60,325 nucleotides of DNA from Peribolospora baueri (Eukaryota). The stretch lies in contig JAMDHS010000043.1 of the NCBI GenBank assembly GCA_029717555.1, positions 124,001 through 184,325 of the forward strand, in the 5' to 3' direction. Of the stretch, positions 23,901 through 40,176 are shown piece after piece. Both the position numbers and the translations under genes were made by a program. A model generated the notes under the pieces. The model saw only the letters and a program-made list of their open reading frames with translations. It searched no databases and had not been told where the DNA came from. Numbering within the stretch: the stretch's first letter is position 1; each line of letters starts with the position of its first letter.

Positions 23901-26900
23901 GTCTCTCGGGACCATCGGATGAACTCGTCATCTCGACCATGTACACCACGCTTGCAGAGGCGTCTCCTCCAGGAGACGCCGGCGGCCCGTCTCCCCTTGG
24001 CAAGATGCCTATCTCGGTTCAGAACGCCGTGAACGCTTTCGACCTGGTCCGCGCCTGGTTCACGTCACAGGTGGCCGATCCCAGCATCGGGCTGTTGGAG
24101 AGGCAGCGGCGGCTGGAAAAGTTGCTGCGCATCGTCGAGCTCTGTAGGGCTAGGACGGTCAAGGCTACGGGCGGCGCGTCGGCCATTACCGGTCAAGAAG
24201 GCACGATGGTGGAGCTGCGCCAGCCGACAATACCGTCCATGGTGGAGTGCGCTGCGGTCAACAGTCTGGTCAGCCCAGAGTGTCGACTCTTCGTCAGGGC
24301 TTGGCAGGGCCTGTCGGTCGCACGGACCGTCATCGGCGGCGATGCGCTGCTCGACTACATCTCGGCTACCATGCTTCTGCCTAGGCAGGAGACGAACTTG
24401 AGCAACGTCGTCGACTTGGGTTGGCTGTTGGAGAGGATCGTCGAGCTACTCATCACACCGGGGTCGGTACGGGGCGGAGACGGTTTCGTGCTGTTCGAAC
24501 GTCACCAGAGGGTCGTCCAGCTCATCGACGTCAGTCTGGCCTTCCTTCTACAAGGCTCCAACGACACCTCTTTGTCAGCGGCCGAGCATTTGCAGGCTCT
24601 GAGACGACGCCTCAAGACGAGTCCATTGGACCTGCAGATGCTGCGAGAGGTAGCCGCTCAAGAATCCTCCAATGCCCTCCCCATGGCCTCGACCAAGCAC
24701 GGGACGGGCAAGGAGAAGCCGCTGCACTCTCTCATCGCCACGCAGAAAGAGAAGATTAGACGTGATCGCCAGGCTCGGGAGATGGTTTCTCACGAGAGGG
24801 CCAATGTGCAGCAGCGGACGGACCGGCGGCAGAAGGAGCTGAGCAGAATGATGGAGCGGCCCGACGCCAAGGCGCCCCCGCGACGACGAATGACGGCCCT
24901 CATCCGTGGCGCCGTCCGACCCCTGTCGATGGCGTTCAACGACAAGACCGATGGCGCTCCACGAGCCGCGCCGAGGCCTCCGATCGAGCTGTTGGAAGCC
25001 GTCAGCACCGTACGCACGAGCTTTGCGATCGGTCTGGATTGTGCCCAGGTTTCCCGATGGCCCAGCAGTCATCGGCCCTGCGTCTTTCACCTTCAGTCAG
25101 AAGAAGGCGGAAGCTATCTACTCCAAGCGCCGACGCAGGCCGAGCTTGCCTCTTGGTTCTCGCACATTAGCGATGCCGCCAAGGTGTCCGCCGTGAGGCG
25201 GTCCACATACGTAACTGCTCGAGTTAGCCATGACGCCCCGAGAAATGGCCTGCGGGCGAGCAACGGTCGACCGAATGGTGAGAGCTTGTTGCAGTTTTAT
25301 GTTGACCAGCTCGACGCTAATGGGCATCTTCTTTTGTGCTATCGAAGCCACTTTTGGGGTCGACATCAAAGAGTTACTGGAGAGAGAAGGCACCGAGGTA
25401 CCTATCGCCTTGGAGCGCATGCTCGCTGAGGTGGAAAGTCGAGGTGAGCTACGATTTGCTCCACATCCGACACGTTCCCCGCTGATTGATTTATTTCGAC
25501 GTTGCACCATCATGTAGGCCTGCAAGAACAAGGAATTTATCGGATATCCGGCGCGAAGAGCAGCATCAATGGGCTGCGCCAGTTGCTCGACTTTAGTGAG
25601 TACGCCCTCGTATCCGTAGACCGCACAGCCCCATTTTGAAGGAACGGTCTGCTCATCTGCCGTCTGAACACGCGCACAGGCCCTCCGGAGAGCGTGGACC
25701 TTGAGACCGGCGAGTTTAGTGACGTGCACACCATAGCCGGCACCGTCAAGCTCTTCCTCCGCGAGCTGCCCGAGCCACTTGTCCCGTTCTCTTCGTACCA
25801 GGAGTTCCTTGCCGCCGAGCGTGAGCACTTTACTCGTGTGAGCAAAAACAGCCGAACAGTGACCGACCGCCAGTTTTCTTCTTTACATATTAGGTATCCA
25901 ACACTGGGATGAGCGATTATATGCGCTGAGGGATGCCGTGTGGAATCTTCCATCCGCCCATTTCACGACCCTCCGGAGGCTGATGGATCATCTTTTCAGG
26001 TAGGCGGCGAGATGGCTTTCAAGATCGTGAGCGGTCTCACTGACCCCGTGTGCCTGCCGTCCGCCTTTTTGCTGCTCCAGAGTGTCTGAGAACGAAGAGT
26101 TTAACTCGATGGCCCCGCACAACATCGCCATCGTGTTCGCAGTGAGTCCCGCATTTGGCCGTTTTTCCACCCTCTGTTAGTGCTAACCGACATGCCTCGG
26201 TTCTCCCAGACGTCACTTTTGCAACCCACGCCCAGCTCTACTTCGGTCGGCGAGTCGTTTGGGAATTTGGGTGCGCAACGTCTCCCACATATCTACATTT
26301 TTTGTATACCGGCTGACTTGAGCATCGTGCGACATCTTTTGCAGGCAAAGCGGCTCACGTCGTCAAGTTGCTTCTCACCCAGTCTCACTGGATCTTTGAG
26401 CCTGCGCCAGAAGCTGACGCTGAAGAGGAAGAGGCGGCGGAAGACGTGGTAATGGAGGAAGGTCCTGGTAAACCGACGTCAGAATACCAAGCTTTGGAAG
26501 GTCCTGCGCCAGAGGATCAAGGGGAGGCAGTGATGTTGGCCGAGACCATAGAGGTCGGCGATGGAGCCGAGCTTAGCGTCACAAGCGAGCCCCTGGCCGC
26601 AAAGGTCACTGCTGATGAGGCGCCTTCGATCGCCGAGTCCTCCACGCTCGCCGAATCCGCGTTTGTGGATGCGTCAAGCATGGTAGAGAAAATCGACGGG
26701 GTCAACGAACCACTCGTCGCGACGACGACATCGTCCACGACGCCAGTCGAGTCGGCGTTCGAGCTCGAGGCACGTCCGCGGTCAGAACTGTTCAGCAATG
26801 GAGCGCTGCCTCCCCTTCGGGTCGGCAGCCCTCTAGGCCTGCTGGACCTCGGCGAGTCTTTTGTCGATGCGCTGGGCGGCGAGGACGCTATTGCGAGGCA

Positions 26901-26922
26901 TAAGCATGTGGACTCGACGTGA
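17333..26922 (+). CDS. BEM2: Bem2-like Rho GTPase-activating protein with PH, two RasGEF_N/RasGEF-like modules, PH and RhoGAP domains
   Basis: ~7.9-kb first exon (to 25277): polyQ N-terminus, PH ([17 protein letters not shown]), REM ([10 protein letters not shown]), RasGEF (LDPAEIA..CVPFLG), PH ([14 protein letters not shown]). Spliced RhoGAP exons: [16 protein letters not shown] (arginine finger intact), [32 protein letters not shown]. Confidence 0.88.
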
Positions 26923-28045
26923 CGGCGATCCCTCTTGAATCGGCGGCGACAGCCGTTCGTAGTGGCCGCCGCTTTCGTCCACCTTGCCCTTTCTACCCCA
27001 ATCCCATCTTGTATCGACAATGGTAGCATCGTCCCTTCCGGTCTCTCATCTATCTCCGCTTTCGCCGCGATCTTGCATGATACCATTATTCTTTATATCC
27101 TTATCGCAAGTTGAATTGGCAACGGATCTCTCCACGTATGGCGTCGTTGGCTCGCACCCGTCCCTCGCGCTTGTGTTCACGCAATCATATGCGATCGCTG
27201 TCGAGAAGAAAATCGACTTCGCCGGGCGTGAGTTCCCTGCAGGCGGCCGGTGGCTAGGGTGCTCGTCAAGCCGCCGCTGGTGAGCGCTCAACGCCGACTT
27301 TGTGCCGACTTCCATTACATTCAATGGTGTTGTCGCAGCACCAGCTGTCCCGGGACGTGACACCAGACCGGCCTCTGTACCTGAATCCTGAAAGTCTAAC
27401 ATTCGCGGCTACGCACTGACAGTCGCTTCAGTGCGAAGCCCTGAGCGGTGCGGCCATTTCCCGCGCCTGCGCGTAATCATCTACTGACCTCTGTGAAAGG
27501 GGACAAGACGTATCCATAAGATTCCACGCTTGGGATGCAAACGAGGACGGCCGGAGATGGAGCGGTTGTTATCAGTTGTATCGGGTGCCAGCAAGGAAGG
27601 AGATCAGGTGAACTTGGGAAAGGAAGAATTGCATGTGCTGTACGCTAATCGCCCACATCGGCTCTCCGCGCTTTGCTCGAAAATACAAAAAACTTTAACG
27701 TTTTCTACATTAATGTCTGTGAGTACGAGATCGACCGGGCACGTTTAGTCAGAGCTGACACGCTCGTCGTTGAGAGTCGACGTGATGAACGTGATCAGGA
27801 CCTTCCTACCGTACATGAGAGAAAGACAGAGAAGCACCATTGTCAGCTTCAGCTCGGTCGCCAGCTTTAGGACGCGGTCTGTCGAAGGGGGTCCTGTAAT
27901 GTGTGATGTGTAGAGGAGAAACAGCTTGATAGGAGACGACGAAAGGTACCGTTCGTCGCCGTGGTAGTCGTCGCCCGCGCCTCCTGAATGGACGTTCATT
28001 TTTTTCTGATGCCAAGTCATCGTCTCCTCTTGCCCCTCCTGCTCT

Positions 28046-30552
28046 TCACAGCTTGAATCCCTGGGCTTGACTGGAGAAGAAGCCGTCCGGGTCGTACTTC
28101 TTCCGGATGGCCTTGAGGAGCGGGAAGGCGGTGGAAGAGCGGGCTACGAGTTGGCCGGCCAGCCTGTTCCAGACGGGATATGGGAAGCGGTTCAGAGGGG
28201 AAAGAGGGAGGAGGCAAGTGAGAGCAACCAGTCATTCGAATGAGCGCGGATAAAGAAAGCAAGAAAACTGCTTGTTCCCGCGTCGCACCACATCCCTGCA
28301 ACAGCCGCTATGATTCAATTCTCCCCTATATCTAGACACAAACTCACGTTGGCGTTATTGGTAAACAGCGGCAACCCGTTCGGTCCCTCTCCCTCTGTTT
28401 GCTCTTCCACGGCGGATGGGTGCACATCCTTGATAGACATGGGGAAGTTTTCAACATGACCGCTAGGAAGCTTACCGGGAGCCTCGCTACGAGCGAACTC
28501 GTTCACGGCCGAGGAGACGCGGGTGCAAGGTTGTTGGGCGAAGGAGATGGTCATCCGCCGATTTGGTTTGTGCTTGGAGGATGAACCAACTTTCCGCCCA
28601 GAGAAGTGGCGAATGACATAAAAACAAATTTAAGGGGCAGTATGTGAGAAGAGAAGGTGAGACAAAAGGATAAGTTGCCTGAAAACAAGTCGAGACGATC
28701 CGAGACGTCTCAACCTATACACATGAAAGGGGCATCCACAACCCCAAACGCGTTCCCACCCCTCTCAATGCCTACATCAGCCATGTGGCGAGAAGTGGGT
28801 TTGACGGTGCCTGCAAACCACTGGGCGCTGTGCAAAGAGGGAAGGGATGGCGGTTAAAGAGAGGACGAGCGCGGCTGTCGAAGCACCGAGGCTAGGCAGG
28901 GGACACCACTCACTTCGTGTTGTACAAAGTCCCTAAAAGCGGAAGAGGGCAAGTGCGGCCATAGACACATCACATCAGGAAAGCCGAGCGTCGATGTAGG
29001 ACCCATAGCCTCCTTTCTTCTCCCCCTTCCCTTTTCAGCCAAACTCTTGATTAGGACGTCCGGCGCGTCACACCAGTCAATTGCGATTGCAACGACCCAC
29101 CATCTGAGTATCGATTCTGATCGTTCGCCTCCGCAAAGGACCTCGCCTTGCCATCGTTGACCGTGGCTTCGACGTTGGCAATGCTGTCGAACGGGCCAGG
29201 CTGGGGCGACTCTGCCAGGTAGGTGCGCTGGACGGGGTACAGCTGCGAAGGACGAGGGGAGACGAGGGCGAGAGATGAGACCGCTTTCGGGAAATGTAAA
29301 AGGTCATTCGGACGACGGGAACAGAACAACATGACGGCATGGCACGGTTGACCGCACGTACCATGTGATCTCCTATCTGAACGAGGTTGAAATGATATTG
29401 GCCTTGTCGTCTTCCGACTTGAGCACGAATTCACTGCAGGCCTCCAGCATGGCGTCCCGAGACGATTCGGGGAACTGGTAAAACAGGCCGGTTTTAATAA
29501 AAAAAGAGCGGGGAGTCGGAAAGCACGCGAGGAAGGGCGGGTGAGGTAAAGAAGGAAAAGTGCAAGCAGGCTGGAGCTGGCTCGTTCTACGCACCATGAG
29601 AGCGCCGCACCAAATGGGCCCTATTGGATGCACTCTGACCTCAAACTCGGTCACGATTGCGAGGGGCAAGCCTCCGCCACCTTTGAGGGCCAGGAAGAGA
29701 TCTTTGTACTCGTTGTCCCGCTGTGTAGGACGCATGATGGATCGGTGTGCACCGTGCTGCGCCGCTCAGTTCGGCCTGAAAACTCACAGTTGCATTGATA
29801 ACCTCGCCGTTGGAGAGGACGACCTGGAAGCGTTCCACATTATCGCATCCCAGACCTACCGGGGGGCGAGGAAGAAAGCATCCTTCAGCGTTAGCGATCC
29901 CCCCGAAGGCCAACGACACGACACGACCAGTCCAGTCCAGTCCAGCGCCAGCGCCACCTCACCGTGCATGCTGGAAAGACAAGACAGGCCGCCTCCCAAG
30001 GGAAAGCCGCCCACGCCCACATCATTGACCCTCGCGCCGGCAACCTGGATGCCGTGCCCGACGCGCTCGAACCAGGGATAGACGTCGCCCCATCGGGCGC
30101 CCGGTTGGAGGACGGCGGTGGGGTGGCCGGGGTTGTAGGATGTTGGACATGTTGGGTTCGAAGGCGATTAGCACGCCGTCCTTGCAAGCGCTGAAACCCG
30201 GATTGCAGCTCATGCCGCCGCTCCGGACGGCCCTGGTGTGGATGGGCGGGAAGGGTGGGGGGAACGAAAACCATGGTATCGTTGTCGTCAGCGTCCAAGC
30301 GCGCCCCCGTTTTCATGTTAACGAAGGCAAGCACCCACAAAGGCAGAGCGAACCGCCTGGCAAACCTCACGGCCTCGCTCACATGAGCCGCCTCGGTCGG
30401 GGCGACGACGAGGAGAGGTTGGAGGTGGTTGTTGGCTTTGACGAAATAGTTGTCGTCGCCTTGTTGTAGGCCTCGGAGCCAGGAAGGTAGACGTGGGCAG
30501 GGCCGAGGGAGGCGAGGAGAGCGTCGATGTCGACCTGGGAGGGAGAGGGCAT
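28046..30552 (-). pseudogene. BBE-like / FAD_binding_4 oxidoreductase with two frameshifts
   Basis: PLLVVAPTEAAHVSEAV, AVRSGGMSCNPGFS, PGARWGDVY, VGVGGF, GLGCDNVERFQVVLSNG, DLFLALKGGG, KKYDPDGFF. Frameshifts near 30455 (KAT|DNYF) and near 30140 (NI|YNPG). Confidence 0.8.
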
Positions 30553-30941
30553 GGTGGACGGGAAACGAAGAGGAGAGGAGGCTGGTGTGGACGCCAACGT
30601 CTAATCAGTAGCCAGTCTTGTCTATCTCGCCCGGCCTGCCCGACGTGCGGCTGTCGTTACGGCCATTAGCAGGCAGCGGTGCGCAGTGACGTTGGCGTAT
30701 ATTGGCGATGGGGCCCGCAAATCACTCTTTCGAGCATCTCACAGGCACGACAAGACAGTCAATGATTACAAGCGTCAACGTCGTCGTCGTCGTCTTCACC
30801 TCGGCCACCCTCAAGTTCGTGTTCTCATACTAATGCTAAATTGGGTCATGTGACGGAGGCCAAGCACCCACGGCGTGCATTGGCGAGACAGGCCCCCTGG
30901 TTTGCGCGAGAACGTCGTCGAGTCCCCCATTCTCAAATATT

Positions 30942-34634
<3,693 letters not shown>

Positions 34635-34834
34635 GTCGACGAGGTATGGCACTACGGAAGGGGGGCTGAGCGTGCGTTGGAAAGCAGGGAGGCCGCTGTC
34701 ACGTCAGCGGCCCAGCGGTTTATATACAGATAAAGGGAAGACGGATGGCGAAAGGGTTGAGATAGCATACCTGTTTGACTCCATGATCCGTCCGCTCGGT
34801 TCGCGCTCGAAGAGGGGCTTGTAGACGACTAGAC

Positions 34835-34910
34835 GACGATTCTCTGCGACGATTCTCTGGGGCGATCCTCGGGACAATCCTCGGGACGATTGTGCGGGAC
34901 GATGGTCTGG
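34835..34910. repeat. Degenerate 12-13 bp minisatellite, 6 units, consensus GACGATYCTC(T)GG
   Basis: GACGATTCTCTGC GACGATTCTCTGG GGCGATCCTCGG GACAATCCTCGG GACGATTGTGCGG GACGATGGTCTGG, upstream of the monooxygenase. Confidence 0.75.
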
Positions 34911-35606
34911 CTAACTACCGTTCAAGGCGTCGTCGGTTTGCGGGATGAGAATGAAGGAACGAAAGAAGGAAAGAAGGGCGCTTCAGCCATTGGAAACTCG
35001 AACGTCTGCATGCACGGTCGGAAGGGCGACCGGCGGCCAACACCAATGCACGTATGTCTCTCCGGGCGATGGCACTCACATAGCACTGCAAGAGAAGAGA
35101 CGATGAGATGAGATGAGAGAGGGCAAAAACAAAAACAATCACAATCGCAGTGGTCGGGTCGAGGATGAGACAACAAGGACAATAATCGATCACATGGAGC
35201 CGCCTTTTCTTTTCTTTCTTTGCTCCTCTCCACGGCTAAACGTTCTCCACCACCTCGACGTCGTCCGTGTCGTGTCGCTAGCCCGCCGGCCTCGCACCGC
35301 CCCGGCCGGACGTACGTCGACGTCGCCCGCACTGCCATTCCTCCCGCGCTCCCTTCCCACGCCTCCTCCTCCCACGTTTGCCCGGCCGGCTCGGCGGTTC
35401 GGTGTCGTCGCCTTGTGGGGATCCGAACCAAGGCCAGCTAAGTTAAGCCGAGCCGAGCCGAGTGGTTCGGATCCCATCCCGACGCGTCCGCCGGCGTCTC
35501 CGCATATTTCATTTACGCGCTCGACGCGACGCGGCCCGACCGATCACCGTCTCCGCCAGTCGTCTGCCCGCCGACGATCCTCGTCCCACGACCGTCCTCG
35601 CATCTA

Positions 35607-37860
35607 ATGGTCACCCCCGCCCAGACGACTCTCCCGTCCCTGTCGTCTTTTCTGCCGCTGCCGTTTGTCCTCGATCTTGAATGCCCCATTCAGTGGCCTC
35701 ACGCCCATGGCGGAACCTCGTCGAGTCCGCTCAAGCGTGAGCATTGTAACGGCAACGGCAACGGAGCGACGACGGCCGCGGGCGCGCTTTCTCCTCCTCC
35801 CTTCACGTCCCCTTCGAGCAAGGATGGTGACCAGCCGATCGCCGACACGGTCCCCGGCGGTGAACCGGTGAAGGAGTGCATCAAGCGGAGATATCTCGAG
35901 TGCTTGTGGTTAGGCGAGGTCGGTCGCGCTCCATCAACGTCCGTCGGTCGTCCAGTGCGGTCGGACGCGCTCTGTCTCTCGAGGCGAACCTATTGACTCG
36001 TTGTCTTTTTTTCTTGCCCTGTTCTATGTTTCCCTTCCTTCTTTTTCTATAGCACCACACTTCCCTTTTTTCTTTCGTCCACTCCCTACGGCGCCTCAAC
36101 CCGGAACCCTCCGTCGTCGCTTCCATCGCCTCGACCCTCCCACACCTGTCCATTCAAGCCCTCTCTCGTCGCTTCTCCCGCGTCCTTCCTCTTGTTCTGC
36201 ATCAGCTTCTTTCCCTAACCGACTTGGATCCTGTTGCGAACCTGGCTTGTTTGCCCGCAACGGCGCCGGACGACCAGCTTGATCCCATCGAGGTCCATTT
36301 CCTCCGCCGCGCTATGGTGGAGACCGGGCTCGCCTCCCTCACAGCTCCTACGCCGCCACCATTTGTTTTGCCAACGAACGACGAACAGGAAGCGGGACGA
36401 GGCGATCGGAGCGAGGATGCACGCGGCGGGGGCTATGACCGTCAGAGAGACCGATGGCAGATGGAGGAGAGGCGAAAGGAATCGACGCTAAAGGGATGGC
36501 TGGAAGATGTGGAGATTCGCGAGTGCGTCCCGTCTCCGTTTTTGCTTTGACCCACGCCTTCCTGTGATTGTGCGCCATCTATCTCGCGATGCTGATCAGC
36601 TAATCTCCGCCGGCATTGGATAGGACGCAACTCCAAATCCTCATCGCGCTCGAGCTTCTCCGCCTTCTCGCGCTGCTCCCGCCCCCCAACGTCATTGCAA
36701 ACGACCTCGGCTCGAACTCATCCGTTCCACCCTCCGTTCCTGCCGCCTCTGCCACGCGCAACAAGCGTAAACACAATCACCCGCAGCGTTTTTCGGGCTC
36801 GTCCACCGGCGTTCCTGCGTCGGATAAGGAGAGGAGGGAGGAAAAACGTCGAAAGAGAGACGAACGAAGGAAATTTAGGATAAGTGCCGTTGGGACAGCG
36901 GGAGTGGAAATGGCCGCCGACTCGTCCATCGCACATCGACACGGAATGGAAGGGGAGCAAGACGAGGGCGATGGAATTGGGGCGCTCTGCTCTAGACCAG
37001 ACCTCGAGCGACGACTGGACGTCCTGGAAGATCGACTTTGTATCCGCCAGGCTACCGCTTCAGCTGGTCTTGGCAGCATTCTGTCTACCGACAGGGATAT
37101 CTTCGACAAAGATGACGACGTTTTTGGCTCCTCCGGTCCATCTCTTGGCGGCGACGCGGACGAGGTCAAAGGTCGGACGAGGCAAGGAAAGCCGTCCGAG
37201 CAGATCGGCCCCGGAAGAGGAGCAGGGTGGGCGGGAAGGGCGGACGGAGACGAGAGGGACCAGACACAGTGGTTTTGTGAGGAGGTTGTTCAGCGATGGT
37301 AAGCCCACTCTCACCTCCCTCGCACCTCGCGTTTTGTCAGCCGTGCCGCAGCTCTCTCGTTCCGGTCGCTAACCTGTCCATCGGTGGGATTTCGCCTTCC
37401 CTCTCGTCTCCCCCATTTGTACCACCCGACTAGCTTTGCTGACAGTCTACCGCATCAATGCGCGTCCTTCCGCTCCAAGTGCTTCGTCTCCTCTGGCTCT
37501 CTCGACCCTTCTCACGATACCCCTTTCCGTCCTGTCCCCCGTCTCGCTCGCACCACTAGCGACGTAATGGAAACGGACGTGCCGACGGAGAGGAGACGCT
37601 CGAAAGCTAACTCTGTTAGCGTGCTCTCTACCGGAAAGCTGCTCGCTCGACAGAAAGAGGTCGACATGGCCCGGCGCGTCGTCAGCGTTGGTGCCAGCTC
37701 GGCGGGCGGCGCGATGGCGATGGCGAGGGCGGACGCGAAGAGGCCGGCGTCCGGCGGCGGAGAGGCGGACGCGGGGAGAAACAGGGAGAGCAAGGTTGCG
37801 GACGTTCGCAGCCAGGCGAACACGCTCGTTCTCGCGACGCCGCAGAAGGAACGACGCTAG
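35607..37860 (+). CDS. SLD3: DNA replication regulator Sld3-like
   Basis: YLECLWLGE, WLEDVEIRETQLQILIALELL, RLDVLEDRLCIRQA, QWFCEEVVQRCFADSLPHQC..RSKCF, and C-terminal LVLATPQK (CDK-type TP site). Confidence 0.72.
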
Positions 37861-38066
37861 TCCTTGTAGCCATCGAGTGGAGGTCGGGAGCCGGTACCAA
37901 AACCGGCGTCACTCATGACCACATCCTACCCACTTTCCGGGGCCCCGCGGGGGAGGAAAGGACGAGGTCGTACCAACGACGGTTTCGAGGATGCGACACT
38001 CAGTTGTATCATGAGATTACAGTATCGCCCTAACGTACACATGTTAACAGTCCAAACCTCGTGCAT

Positions 38067-39938
38067 TCAGATGATCACATCCGACATCTCGACATGTCGC
38101 GGTAATACGACCACGGTGTCGCACCCATGCCCACACAAACTGACGATGTCTAGCGACCCGCCTCCGCCAAAGTAGGTCGCGTATATGCGAGCCATTGGAA
38201 GTCTGCGTTCGAAAAGTTAAGAACGGTCGGAGAGCGGAGGGGGGGGGAAAGGAAGAACGCCAAAGGAGAGGGGATGCACACATCGAGAATTCAGTGCACG
38301 AGCAGCGGGAGTCCACGGACAGGCACAGACGGACGCACCCGTATCCAAGACCGGCCAGCGTTCCAAGTCCTGACGACAGTGTGGATGCTCCGATTTCTCC
38401 CAGCCCATCTCCGGCAGCCCCGCCGAGTTGTTGGGCCGAGTACGGACCTCCGTCGTTGCCTGTGTGTGAGGTCTCGGCACCGTCGTCGGTCCCATTTTTG
38501 CTGTTTCCTTGTGCCGCTGACCCGCCGGCTGTTGTGAAGGCATAACTGAAGACTTTAGGCAGGTTCTCCGGGCTTATGCCGCCCCCTCTGTCCCGAATGC
38601 GGAGTGAGAGCGTGCGTTGGGAGGCTGCGATGGTTACCGTGACGGGAGGGATAGGGTCGGTGGGTGACGATGTCCGGAGGTGTTGCTCAACTGCAAGCGT
38701 GTCAAACAAAGAGACGGGATGAGAGGACGAGTCTAAGGAGTGCTGAGATGTGCGACGAAGGGAAGCCCGCCTCTTGACGTTGCGAACAAGCGGCGCCAGG
38801 CCGACCAGGAACTCACCCGTTGCACGGTAAGAGTTTTTTAGCTACGAGCACGAGCGGCGGTCAACGTCAACCAGATGGCGTCAGTTCAGTGCGAGTTTGA
38901 GAAGCGAATCCAATAGGCGAACGGTAAAGACGTTTCGTTCGGGCGCGCCCACTTTACTTACCAGCTCGGTAACGATGTACTCGAGATGCACGCTCACGCC
39001 CGTAAAGGTTGCGCCTACGTCCCCCTCTACGACGAGAGGTGGAGCAACGCCGAGAGTGGCTTCACAGAGCTCGCTTACGTAGTCCGCGCACATCCGAACC
39101 ATTCGAAGGGGAGAAAGTTGCGTGTCAATGATGCCGACGGCAGAAGAAGGCGAGGAGGCAGAAGCTGGTGAGGAGGAAGAAGGAGACGACTGAGACTTTG
39201 GAGACGAGTGAGAAAGGGCGAGGTGTTGTTCTGCAATGAGACGGATGGCTATCCGACTGTGAATCGCTGCATCCAAAAAGGTGGAGACCGTTTGTGGAGG
39301 CAGATAGCGCTTGCACTCTTGAAATCCTAGAGAGAGTGGATGGAAATGACACAAGCCAGAAGCAGTCAGCAATGACGGAGGAAAAATTGAACCTTTAGCT
39401 ACCAGAAGAACAAAGACATCACCGGCCGTCCCTTGCTGCCTCACTCACCTCTAGCGAGGGTGGGAATGTTCTGCGAATGGTCCTCGACGAGCTGCTCGAG
39501 GACTCTCGTAAACACCTCGTTCTCCCTCTCGCTCGAGATCTGTCCAAACGAAGCAATGGTTCTAAACCCTTGCGTGTAGAGCCGGGCAATGCGGTGAATG
39601 TACGGGTTGGAAACAACGATGAAAGGGAGCGCGTTGAGGGACTGGACGCGCTTGGCGAGACGGATGGGAAGCTCGGACCGGGTGTACTCGGCGGAGGCGA
39701 CAAGCGACGAAAGGGAAAGAGGCGGCTGTCCAAAGGCCATGAGCTGACGGATCGTAAGAGGACGAGGGGTGAGAGAGGCGTAAGCGGAAACGGATGGCGT
39801 AGTGGACGAGGGGGAAGGAGCTGGGGCCCGAGGTGAGGGAGATGGACGGGCTTGGGTTGAACAGCGGCGAAGGCCGGGACGCTCCGCTCTCCACGAAGTC
39901 AAGATGGCCGCCCGTGCCGACGGAGGGTATCGTGACAT
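38067..39938 (-). CDS. Mitochondrial alpha-ketoacid (pyruvate/branched-chain) dehydrogenase kinase
   Basis: PLTIRQLMAFG, ELPIRLAKRV..LPFIVVSNPYI, SRIAIRLIAEQHLAL, LEYIVTELLKNSYRAT, RIRDRGGGI, FSYAFTT, LAGLGYGLPMARIYATYFGG. Confidence 0.93.
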
Positions 39939-40064
39939 GGCTGCCAGCAGAAGAAGTCGGTGAGAGGATGGTGGGACGGATGATGAGACGTCGGCAGCGC
40001 TCAGTCGCATCCTCCTATCTTCCAAGGTGCTCCAGGAGATTAGGAGATGAGTCGTAAGCTATAG

Positions 40065-40082
40065 CACGTGACAATTCACGTG
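40065..40082. promoter_or_regulatory. Two CACGTG E-boxes in a compact bidirectional promoter
   Basis: CACGTG at 40065 and 40077. The flanking ATGs (39938 and 40177) are only ~240 bp apart. Confidence 0.45.
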
Positions 40083-40176
40083 CAACCACTTGCGCACGCT
40101 CCACATGCGCCTGCGCCATTTAGGCCTGGCGGTAGCGACTTGCTATCATCGTTCGCCCCAACCGTGACCTGAAGAG

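Noticed and set aside
27745..28020. Small spliced minus-strand ORF after the FAD oxidase stop
   Set aside because: No recognisable protein; more likely a 3' UTR intron.
34835..34910. CRISPR-like array
   Set aside because: Units are 12-13 bp with no spacers, in a eukaryotic context with no cas genes.
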